NCBI GenBank assembly: GCA_013239625.1
Contig: MU056000.1
Coordinates: forward strand, 1,054,001 to 1,118,000
DNA from: Lama guanicoe
Taxonomy: Eukaryota
Length of the DNA stretch: 64,000 nucleotides
Reading direction: 5' to 3'
Under the pieces are notes generated by a model, which saw only the letters and a program-made list of their open reading frames with translations, was not told the DNA's origin and did not search any database. This document shows positions 45,741 through 59,592 of the stretch, piece by piece. How positions within the stretch are numbered: the first letter of the stretch is position 1; every line of letters begins with the position of its first letter. The translations under genes and the position numbers were made by a program.

Positions 45741-48700
45741 CTCCTGCCAGCTGAGCCAGCCTGGCCCGTGGACGGAGCGCCCGTTCGGCCAGAAGCACTT
45801 GGAGGGGCGGCGCTTGCAGATGTGGGGCGCCTGGTGGGACCGGAGAGGTGGGGAGGCCAGGCTGCGGCTGTGGGGACGGTGATTGCAGGGCTGCAGTGGG
45901 ATTCCGCCCGCGAGGCCTGGAGCTCCCGTGCATTTCCCAGGAACATCCCTCCCTCTGGACACATTTGCTGTCTTGGCCGTTGCTTCCAGGGGCGGCCCCT
46001 GCACTCCCACCGCCTCAGGGGGCTGGGGTCCCGTCCACCCTCCAGATGCCCGGCAGGAATGTGCCGGTGGCGCCGTGGACCACCTTCCGCTCACCACCCG
46101 CCCTGATGCTGCCTGCGCGTTCCCATCGGTGGTTTCCCAGCGGAAATTTAAACTTTCCAGCCAACGACTTCATTTCATCTCAATCAGTTTCAGAGAAGCA
46201 CAGGCAAGGCCTTCACGGAGGAGGTGAGGTTTGGACTGGTTTTCGGGGCAGCTTTCGGAGGGGCTGCGGCCTCCAGCCAATGGCAGGTGGCGGGGAGACC
46301 ATCTGGGCGGAGGAAGGACCACGAGGGCGCGTGGCCCCGAGTCCCGGTGAGGAACCTCGGCTCCTGGACAGGGAGAGGCCCCGCCTGCTTCCTGGCGCTC
46401 AGACCCCCGCCCTGGGCCACACCTTCCACATTCTACCTGGCAGCCCCTTCCCAGGCCCTCTTGTTCCCCCCCTCTCCCCGTCACATCTGGGACCCGCCAG
46501 GTTGCGACTGAGTGCTGCCCGTGGGAAACATCTTAAGCAGCCCACAGGCTTCCCCAGCGCCTGGTCCACAGCCCTGTGTTGTCAGTGCAGACCAAGGACA
46601 GACGGCGTTGCAGGATACCAGCCACTGAGCCACGTCGCAGGAAGAGCAAACAGCTCCTCTTGCTGTCACAGTGCAGCGCTTGAGGGGCCGAGACGCCTTC
46701 AGAGCCTCCGCTTGTTTCTCCCGGGTCCCGGGGAGAGCCGGCCCCTCGGCCCAGCGCCGCGGGCGTCTGCGCGGGCGGTCTGCCGAGAGCGAGAGCGGAG
46801 TCCCAGCTGCCGGGCTGACCCCGCCTCTCTCGGGTCGGGAGGAGCCGCCCTCCCGGAGCGGGGGAGGCCCGGCCTTCACTGCCACTCAGCAGACCAGCCC
46901 CGCTGCCCGGGCTCTATTCCTGGGGGTCTTCCCGAGGCCGTCCCGGAAGGAGGCCACGTTCACGTGCCTGCCTCCCTGTGTGTCCGGCACCCCGCCGCCC
47001 GAGCCTGGGGCCGCCATCGCAGGGCCGGGCGCTCCTGCTTCTGTCTGTCTGTCCACTTACCACGCTCAGGGCCTCCCATCCCCAGTGCCTGCCCCTCCTG
47101 TTTGCAGCCCAAATGGACACACCCTCATCTCCCCTCCCTTCTCAGCACTGGACCGAGCGCTGGAGACTCCAGCAGAGGCCAGGAGGCTCCTTGGTGCAGT
47201 TCATTTTCCAAACGAGACACAGAAACAGGGAACTGGAGCTGTCTTAATAGACCGCTGCCTCCCCGAATGGCGGACGGTTCACCACTGTCATCACCTGCGA
47301 TTGGGCGGGACTCCTCTTTAGACCCTGGGCAACTGGACTATTAAGATGGTGGAGCAGAGGCCCTCGCACGAGCTCTCCTTTGCAGGGAGGGCCTATCCGC
47401 AGCCCGCAGCGGCGAGCGGAACCGTCCTCACCACGCAGAGGCCGCGGCTTCTCCCCGACCTCCCGGAACAGCATGTGCACAGCGACTGGCTTCCAGGCAG
47501 CAACACGACTGTCAGAAGCGTGGTGTCCAGATCACATTGTCTCGTAACAGGTTTATTTTGCTGGGAAGTTCGGGGTTTCCAAGAGCCCTTGCTTTGGGTC
47601 AGACTCTGCTGTGATGGTTTTTTTCTTGTTGTTTTTTTGGGGTTTTTTTGGTACAAGATTCGACTTGAATCATCTCCTCATTGTAATCCGCACCCCCAAA
47701 CCTCTTTCTGATCAGGATCCTAACGTTTCTCCTGTGGTCTCATTTATTTTAAGCTTAAAATGTCCTCAGTAAAACTTTTTGTCACTGCAGCACTTCAGAA
47801 TGCTCTCCGGACGGGGACTCGCATCCTTGCGAAATCTGCAGTTGGTTAGGCACTTCCCCCAGCCGGGTCCATACGGATCATGGGTCAGTTTTCCTGGGTT
47901 CTGTGTCTTGAATGGAGTTCCTCAGACCTCTCCCTGTGTTTCCCTCAGTAAATCACGGGTCTTTCAATATAACGACCTCAGCATGCTATTAGAAGAAACA
48001 GCATGCTATTAGATCTAATTATCCCATCACAGGTCATTTTCAGAGTATCAATCACTACCATAAAACCGAGTCCAGAAATGTTATCATTAGTGGGGTGCCT
48101 GGAAGGCTGTGAGGACACGTGGCTCAGTGGAGGTGTTTGGTGTTACGGTTCTGAAGGTATTTCTTGATTTCTCACTCTCAGCTTCTGATTCTAAATGTCA
48201 GAATTAATTACGGGGCACATGACACTAACACAGACCCTTTACCACTATTGCAGGAGTGTTGCTGCAACGCCCCTGCGAGAGCTAGACTAGCTGTACGTTA
48301 ACTTTCTACCAGGAAAAGTGTCCCCTTTCTAATTGGTGCAAAAGTGAATTGGGTGCAGTTCCCCCAGCCGGGCCCAAGGGCGTGTGCTCTGAGGGGCAGG
48401 GTGTTAAGATGCCGGCTCGCAGGTGACTTTAGACAGAGGCAGGGGGTACGTCGTGGAGGAACCTGGGTACATATTTGCTCAGCGGGTGAGCAGTAAGCCA
48501 CGCACCAGGACAGTGGGCCCCGGCAGAGTGCTCTGCTGTCTCTGAACAAGTTGTGCCAAGTTGCCAGCTCCCTGCGTGCGCCCCCTCACTGAAATCCCCC
48601 CCGCAGCCCCTTGCCCGGGTTGCCGACCACGGGGAGAGAGGGTGTGGGGAAAGCCAGCGGCAGCTCCCGAGGGGCCGGTCGCGTGGCAGCGGGCAGACGG

Positions 48701-48932
48701 GCAGACGTCTGCCCGGCTCCGTGTGCCGGCCTCCTCCCTGGTCCTCGGAACGCCCCCAGGCTGGGAGGGCACCCTGAGCCCAGGTCTGCACGGCTGAGCG
48801 CTCACCCAGTGCAGCTCTGTCTGTGGGAATGACTTTGATCTATCTGTGGTGTCTCCTCTTCAGCTAGGGCCCACTCTGTGTCTCCAGGCTGACTTCTAAG
48901 GCCCTGATCATGGGTGCAGGAGGGTGCCCTTG

Positions 48933-49070
48933 GTGGGAGGGGACAGCTCAGTGGTAGAGCGTGTGCTCAGCAGGCGCGAGGTCGTGGGTTCAGTCCCAGG
49001 CCCTTCATTAAAATAAATAAGAACCTAATTACTATCCTCCCCCCAAAAAAACCCAAAATTAAAAGAAAAT
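48933..49070 (+). mobile_element. tRNA-Ala-derived SINE (Vic-1-like)
   Basis: gggaggggacagctcagtggtagagcgtgtgctcagcaggcgcgaggtcgtgggttcagtcccagg...aacctaattac...cccccaaaaaaa with A-rich tail. Confidence 0.88.
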
Positions 49071-52000
49071 GGTCTCCTTGAGGCCCTGAAGCCATGCACG
49101 GTGGGGATGCTGCTGGCCGCCCCCACTAAGGGACGGCCAAGGGGCGTCCTGCGGTTCTACAGGCTGGCTTGGTGTGGTGCAGAGACATGGACTAGAATAT
49201 CAGTCGGTCACCTGCGAGCTGTGCCCACGTGTGGGGTGGCGTTGACACAACCCGCCTCGCAGGGTGGGGTGCGGGCAAAGCGCAGTCCGCCTGGTCCGCC
49301 AGCGCCCAAGGCCGCCCCACCCGGTGAAGTCAGCTGTCCATTTCCCAGGGTCCTAACTGTGCACAAAAGACACGCCTTCTGACAGGGACTGGGCAGACCT
49401 TCCTCCGCACCCGGACCCCGCGGGGCAGTTTCAGCGTCCTGTGCCGCTCAGTACCCACCACAGCGCCCACTGGGAGACATTTGAGCGGAGCTGTTGGCGT
49501 GGTGGCCCTGTGCCTGGACATGGCCGTGAGTCCCTGAATGGTTTCACTGGTTTTGTGAAGCGCGTCTTTGAGAAACATTTGGGGAGAAACTGACTTGAAG
49601 TTCTCACCACAGCGGCTCCTTGAGTTCTTCCTGTTGCAGAGAGACACACCCTGCTTCTCTGCTTTGGTGAAAAATCAATCCTCAAGCCCCCGGCCCGGGC
49701 ACCCACCTGTCTTCTGACGTCTCCATCTGCACGTCTCCCGGGCACTGAAGGCCCCAGCCCGAATTCCCTGCCTTCCGTGTCAAAATGGCCCCTCGCGCGT
49801 GCCCTCTGCTCTCTGGGCCACCCCGGAGCTCACCACAGCCCAGGCTGCCAGATCTCATGACAATCGTGATGGCTGGGCGACAGCCCTCACCACATCTGGA
49901 AGCCTCCTGGGAGGACGCTCGGAGGGAGGACGGCGCTTTGGGTCTACTCCCACTCTCCCACGTCCTGCGGCCCCGGCTAGTCCTGCGGCCCGGGTTAGTC
50001 CTGTGCCAGTTCTGATTCACTATAACTGCGCTTCACAAACCATCCGCGGTGCCGCTGTCTAGGCTTCCGGCCAGGCCCTTCACGGAAGTCGCTCCTGAGC
50101 CGCCTGCATGCTTCCTGCCCCTGCAGCTGTCCCTCCCGCTGCCCGAGGGGACACAGACCTGCCCCAGCACCCGGGCGATGGCTGTGCAAAGCCCCCGACG
50201 TGCCCTGGACAACCCTCCCCCACACCATTCTGGCCCTGCCCCTCCCCAGCATCAGACTCCTGTAGTGGTTGTGACAGTGAACATGGCCATTGTTAGCCCG
50301 CTACATGGGTCAGAAACACGGCATGGCTTGGCTTCCACACTTGCTCACACCAAGCTCTGCATGTTCATGGAGTCCAAGCTCCTGAATGGCCTTCCCACCG
50401 AGGATTCTGAAATGTCCCTCACCAGCCCAGCTAGTGCTCCCATGGGTGCTGGCCTAGCCCGTCTTGGTCCCCTGGTACGGCATCCCCCATTTGCAGTCTG
50501 TGCAGTGACTAGACGAGATTCCAGACCCCAGCTCAGGCTGGTTCTCCCCACTTTGATGTTAGAATGAGCCACCTTCCTGCCATTAGCGACACAGCACCGC
50601 TTTATTACTTGAAGCTGAAGGGGAGGAAATTAATTTTGCTGTCATAATTTCCTGGCACCCCGGGGTGACGGGGGCGCCGGGGGCATGCTGAGCTGTGTGT
50701 GCACGGGGAGCCTTCACCGGGCCGGGCAGATGCTGCTGGCCAACTCTCCGTCAGGAGCGACTGGCAGCCGGGTTCAGACCGTAGCCTGGCTGTGCCTTGT
50801 GGGAGGGAGCAGCCTGGAGCTTCCAGGGTAACACGAAGGGGTCCTAGTCTCTGCTTCCATCGTGGCCCCTCTCATCCTCATAGTCCTGTTCCTCTTCCTC
50901 CCCTTCCACCCATGAGGACTAAGGTCCCTTGGAAATGTCTGGAGTTGCAGTCGGGCCGTGGGCTGAGTGTCTGCTCCGTCCCTGATGGTGTCCCAGCCCG
51001 GGGCCGGCCGTAGTTGAGGGATGTGGACCGAAAGGAGCAGAGTAGCCTTGCGGGTGACGCCTGATTGATTTTAGGGCCATGCAGCCGTGGAGACCTGAGG
51101 CACGTGTTGAGAGAAACGGAGCCTTGTGTGTGGATGTTTGCCATGAGTGGCGGTCCTGTACGTCCACGGGGTTCCACGGAAGCCCAGGAACAGCTGCTTT
51201 TCCTTGGACACAACTCATCCCTCTGTGGAAGGAAGCGAACGCGGGGCTGACACCATCCTGAGCCAGTGGACACGTGTGCTGTCCGGGCTCGCTCCCCAGG
51301 TGGCACACCGAGGAGTCCACCCGGGGGGCTGTGATGGAGCACGCGGGGTGCACAGGGAGAGCCCACAGCCCACCAGCCACTGAGCGTGGCGGCCTTCCCG
51401 AGTCTGTGACCAGCTGCAGACCCCGCGCGCAGAGAGGCCCAGGATGAAACACTTCCTGTGAAGTGGGGGTTCGGGCACTTGTCCTGACTTGTGAGGAAGA
51501 AGCAAAGCCCCTCCCCCAGTTCACACACGCGGGGTTTCAGGGGCCACCGTGTCAAGGCCACGAGGATCCCACCACCTGCTCAGCAGCAGTTTGTGGGCAG
51601 AGTGTGTGACCTGGGTCCACGGAGAACACCAGTGTCCCTCTGCCTTCCTACTGGTTAAATTTGCAGCATGATTTTCCTTAATTAAACATGAGCACAGGAA
51701 GGTTAAACAGCTTACGAGCGGCTCCGAGAGCTCAGATGGGAGCAAGTTCCAGCCCCGTGGGGTGACTTTTGAAGGTGCCTGAGAAGGTCCTGCCAACCAG
51801 CCTCTCCCACCTGTGAAGTCCGCTACCCGCTGGGACTGACCAGCTTTCTGGCAGGAGGCGGTGACCTCTGGCAAGTTCCTTGCAGTGTCCATCTTAAGAA
51901 GAAGTTTGATTGTGAAGTAACAAAGACACCTGCAGCAGACATTAGGGAGGGTGACCCTGCAGAGGTCCGGCTTAGCCGGTCTTCCCGACACGTGAACAGT

Positions 52001-54009
52001 AGAGTTCCCGCGCGTGCGGACGCAGAGGCTGCTTCCCGAAGGTGGCCCCAGCCACTTCCGCTCGGAGCTTTGCTGAAGGTGCTTAAGTCCTGGGGGTGCA
52101 GGCGGGAGACAGCCCTTCCAGGAGCCCCAAGAACCGGGCCTCGCCCACCTGCTCAGGTCAAGGACCAGGTACTGTTGCGGGTCCTCCTCGGGCCCGGGCA
52201 CCCACGCCTGGCTGTCAGAACAGCCTCTCAGCCCCACCTTGGGCTGGGCCCACCCGGCGCCCTTCCCTCTCCGCCCCGCCCCTCGCCTCCGCCCCGCCCC
52301 TCGCAGGTGTTGTCTGTCACGTGTTATGTGGGCTTAGAAAGTACTCTTTGTTGACACTGCCTTTGGCCCCACCTTAGCTGTGGGAATGTTGGCCACCCAC
52401 TCTGGTGTCCGCCAAGTTCTGAGCCCCAGGAACCGCCAGGGCAGATCCACCAATGTCAGGCATTAGGGCTCGCCGTAGTGAGCGTGCAGTCACACATGGG
52501 AATCCGTGGTGCACCACAGGGTCAGAGCAGACCCCAGCCCCGCCCCCTCCCGCTCAGAGGCGCTGTCCGACCACTGCAGACGGCAAGGCCTCCTCCGACA
52601 GCGTCCGGGCCCACGCGTCCGTTCTCAGCGCGGCCGCCAACGTTGCCTGCGGAAAATGTAGCTCCTCTCGCCTTACCCAGATAGGAGCCCCGGCACTCAA
52701 GCCCGAGAGCTTACTGGCGACCCCGGTCTTCCACGTCGGGCCCTGGCCAGTGAAGCGCGGTTTCCTCCGGCCAGGGCAGCCCCCTCGCTCTGCTGCGGAA
52801 GCTCTGCTCTTGCTTCTCTCCGATGCTTTAAAATAAACTCTTGTTAGGATGGGACACATGCCGCCACCTCAAAGGTTTGTCAGCTAGCCCTCCGGGCCTC
52901 CGCTGGGTGCAAAGCCCTTTCACAGGGTGGCCTGGGGCCTCCGCTGTGCCCCCCGCTCATCTCCCCGGACGGGGGAGGAGAGGGGACTCCTCCCGTGGGC
53001 GTGCGCGGGGCATCTTGTCCACCCTCGCTCCTTCGGTGCTCGGCTGCAGCCGCTTCTCGCCGGGAGGGTCTCGGCGTGAAGGCGCTGGCCTGTCCCACCT
53101 GACAGTGCGCCGGGGAGGGAGGCGAGTGGGGAGGGAGGCCGCGGGCTGAGGGCGGCCCTCAGCTCTGCTCCCCCCTTCCGCCCCCCGCCAGCCTTCTCAC
53201 TCGCTGTCGCTCGGCCCGCCGTCCCCACGTCCTGTCGCATCACTGAGGTCAGCTCTGGTGCTCCGTCTCCACCAGACCTTCACCCCCTCCCTGAGAAGCA
53301 CCCCGTCCCTGCGTTATCTTACCCCGAGGCACGCCCTGGGCAGCATGGATCACCATCTAAGGGGACCTTGGTCTGAGTGCCCACTCACTTGTCCACATGC
53401 CCCACGCGTCCTCAGCTTCATTGGCAGGGACTCGGGGTGGACGCTGGCTGGGAAGAGAAGTGGGAGGTGCCGGCTTCGCAGGCCGGTCCTTCCCCACAAA
53501 GACGCACAGCCCTGGTTGATGGTGTCCTGGGAGGTTAACTCATCATCCTGCCAGGTTATTAATTGGCAACACAGGAAAACCAGTGCTACATTTTGGCAGT
53601 TTGCTCGAACATGCAGTGGAATTGGAATCATTTCTCTGCTGACCATCAGCGGCTTTGCATCGTCCCCAGTCTATGTAGACCCAGGCCGGGAGCTCAGCCA
53701 GCCGTGGAAACGCGCTCCCAACAACTGCCTCCCTGTTGGGAAGTCTGGTTCCTTTCTTTTCTTTTTAAAAATAAGCACATTTAGCTTTTTAGGAATTTTG
53801 CCTGGGAACCTTGGGAGATATTTTGGTTCTTAACAAATAAATTTGTGTAATTGGGGAATGGGCTTGTGGATAGAGGTTATATCTGCAAGAATTTTCCAAG
53901 TGGTGTGTTTCAGACTTGTTTTCCTTCAAGCTGAATTCTTAAGTGTGCAGATTTGTCCTAGGAAAACACAGGACATCTGGTCCAATATGAAGGCGCTATG
54001 GATGTGTTC

Positions 54010-54316
54010 TGTCTCACAGAAAAGTAATTCAAGTCATATGGGTAATTTAAAATTGTTTAACAGTCACACTAAAAAAAAGTAAAAAGAAACAGAAGAAATT
54101 GATTTTAATATATCTTTTATTTAACCCAGTACATTCAAAATATTATTAATTTAACATTACCTAATATAAAAATGTTGTAAGGTATTTGACATCCCTTTTT
54201 GTACTGATTCTTTGAACAGTGTGTATTCCACACTCCCAGCCCGTCTCAGGCCAGACCGGGCACATTCGAGTGCTCTAAGGCCGCGTGGGGCTGGTGGTAA
54301 CGCCATCCGACACAGA
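54010..54316 (+). mobile_element. MER33-like hAT-Charlie DNA transposon
   Basis: aaaaagtaaaaagaaacagaagaaattgattttaat...ttttatttaacccagtacattcaaaatatta...cacattcgagtgctc. Confidence 0.75.
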
Positions 54317-54339
54317 GCTCTCGAGCGAGGGTGCAGAGC

Positions 54340-54552
54340 TGCGGCCTGGGGCCGCAGAGCTGAGAATGGGTTTTACATTTTAAAATGGTTGGACAAAGAA
54401 GCACTAAAGAAGATGCGCTAAGGACCACAGGTCGTGATGTTTGGGCTTATTGGTTGCTTTTAAATGAGTTAGTCAATAAAGATTTAATTTTAATAAAAAA
54501 TATGGCTAGATGTAACTCACATGAACAAAAGCTCTGTGGGGGGTTGAGAACC
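54340..54552. mobile_element. Further hAT-Charlie-type DNA transposon fragments
   Basis: gagctgagaatgggttttacattttaaaatggtt and gatgtaactcacatgaacaaaagctctgtgggg. Confidence 0.4.
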
Positions 54553-54620
54553 AGGTTCGTTCTGCTCCCAGTTCAGGTGACAGTGTGCTCAGAGAGGTCC
54601 CAGCAAGCGAGGCAGAACTG

Positions 54621-54680
54621 CCTGGTACCCCATCACCTGGCACCGTGTCTCCTGCTACCATGCCACCTGGTACCACGTCA
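54621..54680. repeat. Minisatellite, 4 x 15 bp (cctggtaccccatca-like)
   Basis: Units cctggtaccccatca / cctggcaccgtgtct / cctgctaccatgcca / cctggtaccacgtca. Confidence 0.8.
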
Positions 54681-56597
54681 CCCCTTGTCCAAGACCCTGC
54701 TCACCCACAGCATCTGTTTTCAAGGTTAAGTTAGACATTTACTTCCTATTCACTTGAAGTCACTGTTGTAAAGAATATTTTCTGTTTGGTCACATTTGAC
54801 TGTTGTTCCAGCCTCTTTAATAGGCTTCAGTGTCACCTGAGAAAGAGTTCCAGGGAAAGTGTGCTGATGGTTCTAGCGAAGAGATGCCCCGCAAGTTTGA
54901 AAGGAGGTGTTGTCTGTGTCTTTATTTACAAGATCACTGGCTGTTATCACTTATATCTTCGGTGACAAGACTTGCAAGTGTGGTATTAATTGTCTCTTAA
55001 AGCCATCCTGGCTGGACATGAGGCCGTATGCCCAGCCTGGAGTAGGGATGGACCAGGCGGCTCTTGGCAGAGTGTCAGGCGGGTTCCAGTCTGAAGAGGT
55101 TTCCTCCCAGTCAGCCTGGACTCACCTGAAAACTTCCCAGTCCTGGCATCTGGTGAGGTCACTTCTGACTCTTGCAGAAGACCCCACGTGTGGACCCCAC
55201 GGACTGACCCACGAAGGGACCTCGGCTGTTCCCAGGACATCCGTGGGCACCAGAGCGCATCTCTCAGCCACACTGGCCCCTGAGAACCCCTGGCTTCCCT
55301 GACCCGATTTGGGGACCAGAGCCCTGGATGTCCCCTCAGCTTCCTGGCAACCCTGGAGGGACCCTCTGCTGAGACTGTGGGGACGGGGGCTTTGGGGAGC
55401 CGTGCGCACCCTGGGGCCCCAGGCTTGTTTATGTGGGGGGTGCACCTCATGCCCTTTCATCTCCCAGTGTTAACAGACGAAGGCGTGGAGCCACTGGCCA
55501 GTGGGGCATTCGCTTCAGTGACACCTTTGCAGCGTGGGTGCCAGCGGCTCAGCCAGCTGAGGAAACCTCAGGGAAGAAGAGGAGGTGGGATCTGCCGCAT
55601 GTGTCATTTTTCCATCAATCGCATCCTCCTCCAAGGATCAGATCCGCCCATTGGCCACTCCGTCAGTGGAGCTGGCTGGGAGGTGGAGAAAAAGTTGGTG
55701 TCCCACCCAGACTCTTTCTCCCAGAGACGTGCCCTGTCCCCAGGGCAGGGAGTGCCCCGCTGGGCAGCTGTCTGCTTCCAACTGTAATTACAGGTTCTGC
55801 TGGGCGACGGGAACCTCCTCCATCAGGGGTCACACAGCCCACACCAGTGACTGGCTGCACAGACGCAGGACCTGGCCCCTGGCCCGGGGACTGGGGGCTG
55901 TTCTGCGGAGCTGTCGATGCTCTCGACTAGAGCCATTTTCAAGGGGAGCACAGCCTGCAGCGTCAGCACCCCCTGGGGAGTTGTTGGAAGTGCAAATCCT
56001 TGGGCCCCACTCAGAGCCCTAGGGTGGAGCCCAGCAATCGGGTCTAGCCTGCCCAGTAGGACAGTCCGATGCAGGCTTCGGGTGGAGACCTGGGCTGGAG
56101 AGCCTCCCACAGGAGCAGGGTGGGCCTTCTCTGCAGCTGGGACCACCCCCTGGCTTAGTTTTTGCTCCTGCCCCTCCCTGCTTCCCCCAGACCCAGCCCC
56201 GGCCCCGAAGCATCCCCCCAGGACATCCCCTGCACTAGCGTCCTGGCCCCAGGATCTGCTCTTAGGAACCAAAGAGGCTTTAGAGCAAACGCTGTTCTGT
56301 CATCATCTCCCACCTTCTACCTCATGAGTCCTGTCTCCTCTGCGCACTAGAGCCCAGGAACAACCTATGGAAATTCAGGGCTGAGTGGACCAAGGAAATC
56401 AATGCATCTAACATCTGACTTGTTTGTTTTGATGGGGGACCCAGTGCCCACGCTTGGCTGCCACTATGTCATGTCCTCATTTCTCTTTTAAAAATTCAGT
56501 GAAGTCAGAGAAAAACAAAGCACCCAGGCCATGGTCAATATGAATTCTGTACTTGGAATAAGACCATACCGGGGCATCCCAACCTTGGCTAGAGTTA

Positions 56598-56912
56598 GGC
56601 TGTCCCATATGGCGGCCACTGGCGCCTGGTGGCAGCTCAGCACCTGCCACATGGCCGCCCGGAGTTGGGGTGCGCCTGCATGCGATCTGTGCACCCGGTA
56701 CCAGAGGCATGGTGCAGAAGAGAAGGAACAGTGTCTCATTGATAAGTCTAGCATCGATCACAGGCTGAAATAACAACATCTTGGATATGCTGGGTTACAT
56801 AAAATACATTATTAAAATCGCTTTCACCTGCTTCTTTTTACTTCTTTAACGTGGCTGTGGAAAATTTAATAACACGCTTGCGGCTCCCCCCTGTTGCTCT
56901 TGGACAGGGCTG
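56598..56912 (-). mobile_element. MER33-like DNA transposon, opposite orientation to the 54.0 kb copy
   Basis: ttggatatgctgggttacataaaatacattattaaaatcgctttcacctgcttctttttactt; termini ggctgtcc...ggacagggctg. Confidence 0.75.
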
Positions 56913-59432
56913 ACCTGGAGCGCACCGAGGACCGCCAGTCAGCAGTGAGCGCCTGCCAGGCGCGGTTCTGCGGGCCAACGAGGCGGAGCGAGCGGGGATT
57001 TGAAAACCAGCACAAACCAGACCCACATGGGCTTGGCCCCGCCGGGCTTGCGGCTCCTCAGCTGGGAGTGAAGGTTCTGGAACCGTGTCTCCTGGTTCAT
57101 CTCGTCGAGTCTTGTTTTCACGGTGCTGGATGCCTTCCAGGAGCGGTGATGCTGACAGCTGGCCCGGGTGATGTGTAAGCCCACAGGGGCCGCATCTGGA
57201 CGGCGCAGCCTGGGAAGCGGCGGCTCCGTCCGGGGTGGCGGGAGACCTTCGCGGGAGGAAATCCCGTGGTTCCCGTGGGTAGGTCGTCGCAGCGCTCGGC
57301 AACCTCCGCTGGCAGGAGGCCCATCTTCACGTTTGCAGTTAAGCTGTTTCCTCCTGATCTTTCCAAAAACAGACGGAAAACAGCTGGTTGCCAAACTCGG
57401 TAAAGTCCTTTGGGTGAATCAAAGGAAAATTTTATTTTATCCCTTAAATTTCTGTTCCATGAGCTAGATGACCTTGGTTCCTTGAATAAAGACAATTGCG
57501 ATTTTTTTCTATACACAAGCAAAAGCAATGCAATCTGGTAACTGCCCGTTTGATGGGGTGTTTAGGCAAAGCATGGGGCTTGGAGATCGGTGGGTATCTG
57601 AAACCACGGAGGCGTAAGACAGTGCTATCTGCAAGTTCAAAGCCCAGGGGAACAACATTCTGGGAGTGTTCTTTATTTTTGTTGCTCATAAGATCCTTAC
57701 GTTCACCCCAAATACTGTATGTGGCAACGTGACTGAAGTTGAAGGAAGCTGGCCCCGGCCTCAGAGCACCGCACGTGGGGACAGCGCGTGCTTTCCCCTG
57801 GTCCAGCACGACACCGAGGTCGAGGGGCCCGGGAAGCGTGTGATGGTGCCTGGGTGGTGACCTGCGAAGGCGAGCTGGTGGCTGGGCTCTGGGGACCGTA
57901 AGTGCCCGCAAGAGGTCAGAGACACGTCCCCCTAGGCTTTCTGGCCGAGGAGCGAGGAAAAGGTCATCGTGGTCCGAGAGGACCAAACATCGGAGAAAGC
58001 AAGTGTTTTTGTGTCATACCTTTAACCCCTCCCTCCCTTCCTCCGTCCCTCCCTTCCTTCCTACCTTCCACTGTTCTGGTCTCCACTGCGATTATTCTCA
58101 GCATAGGCTAGAAGCTTTAGGTAGGGGCACTGAGGTTCACTTCCCTCAGAACAATGTCAGAAGCCCCACCTTTTGCCCCACTGAAATGACAAAATGCGAA
58201 GCCTGGAGTCACACTCTGCATCTAATGCTGAGTGGCTGTCTTGAATTTCTCCCCCCTACCCCCCCAAGCCACGCGTCCTCAGGTGGGTTGGTGGCTCCGT
58301 GTTGAATTGATCTAACCTCTCCCCACTTCTGTGTTCACACAAGCTGGATCCTGAGTGAGATAACCAGTGACTCAATTCGACCAGACAGGCTGCTGGTTTT
58401 AAACCAGGCCAGGTGCTCACAGTTTGAAAGAAGCAGGAGCTGACTCATGCATGTAGACATAATCAATATCTTCCTGGACCGTCCTGGTCTTGCCTCTTTG
58501 GCTCAGGAAAGCGGCCGCCGTGCAGACAGGCATTGTCTGATCTCACCGCAGGGTCCCCAGGGTTGGGCTCTGCCAACTGTGGGTTGTGAGTGAGGGCCTC
58601 TCCGTGTCTCCGTCTGCCCCGTCCTTTCTTCTGAATGTGGACCCTTTTCTCTCGGTTTCTTTCTGGCACCTGCGAGCACCTGGAAGCAGTCATTGGAGGC
58701 AGCGTCCTCCGTGCCCAGGTGCCGGCTGACTCACCCAGGCCTCCCCGCGGTCCAATTCATTAACCGCACTGTGCCTGGGCTGCGCCGAGAGCACGGGTGT
58801 ATCTCAAGAATGGCTTGGCAGGAGCTGGGCGAGTTTACAGCCGGGAGGGGAGGGAGGAAGAGGCGGAGGAGGAAGGCACGGTTCCGTTGTGACTTGAACA
58901 CCTGTCCACATGAGCCAAAGAAAGCCTCTCCACTCCAGTGTGCAGCTCCGAGCATGCGATCCTCCGTACCTGGGCTGTAATTAACTTCACGACATCCCCA
59001 GGGAGTTCCGGAATGGGAGGGAGAGAGAACCCTGTTCCGTCCAGCCAGACACCACGAGGCACCCAGGGAGGCGCCCGAGGATGTCAGAACAGGAAGGTCT
59101 CCCTGAGAGAAGACCGGGGTTCTAGTGCGTTCCCTCTGCGTTGGCCGGGCACGCGGTCCCCGCGGCCCTGGGGGCTCCTCGCCCAGCCCCAGCTCTGCTT
59201 CTTCAAGTCTCAGGCTTGGCTCTCCTCCTGGCACAGTCTGCCAAAACCCCCTCTTTGTGAACTTTTAAGTCCATGAGGATTTTCCAGAAAACGTTCATCT
59301 AAAATACTTTGTGAGAATCCTCTAAAGTTCAAAAAATAACATTAGCTCCTTTATAGCTTGTTTTATGGAAGCCTTTCTTCTTAGAAACATGTTTTTCTGT
59401 TTTAATAAAATAGCCATGAAGATGATACACTG

Positions 59433-59592
59433 AAGTGGGGAAGGTGTAGCCCAGTGGAAGAGCGCCTGCTTAGTGTGCACGAGGTCCTGGGTTCAATCCC
59501 CAGGCCCTCCACTTAAATATCAATAAACCTAAAATTAAACCTAATTACCTACCCCACAAACATTTTTTAAAATTAAAAATTTGAATGAAAAA
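59433..59592 (+). mobile_element. tRNA-Ala-derived SINE (Vic-1-like)
   Basis: ggggaaggtgtagcccagtggaagagcgcctgcttagtgtgcacgaggtcctgggttcaatccccagg...aaacctaattacc; perfect TSD atgatacactg at 59422-59432 and 59593-59603. Confidence 0.92.

Noticed and set aside
45848-47344. 498-aa ORF, the longest in the window
   Set aside because: Pro/Arg/Gly/Ser-rich with no recognisable domain and a non-ATG start; expected by chance in very GC-rich DNA.
52559-52579. REST/NRSE-like ggcgctgtcc
   Set aside because: Only a half-site; the partner half (gtggtgctgaa) is absent.
54621-54680. Short periodic repeats as a possible CRISPR-like array
   Set aside because: Contiguous 15-bp degenerate units without unique spacers, in a eukaryotic context with no cas genes.
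59433-59512. tRNA-Ala-like sequences (also at 16.7, 34.3 and 48.9 kb)
   Set aside because: Broken stems, SINE tails and TSDs show these are SINE heads, not tRNA genes.
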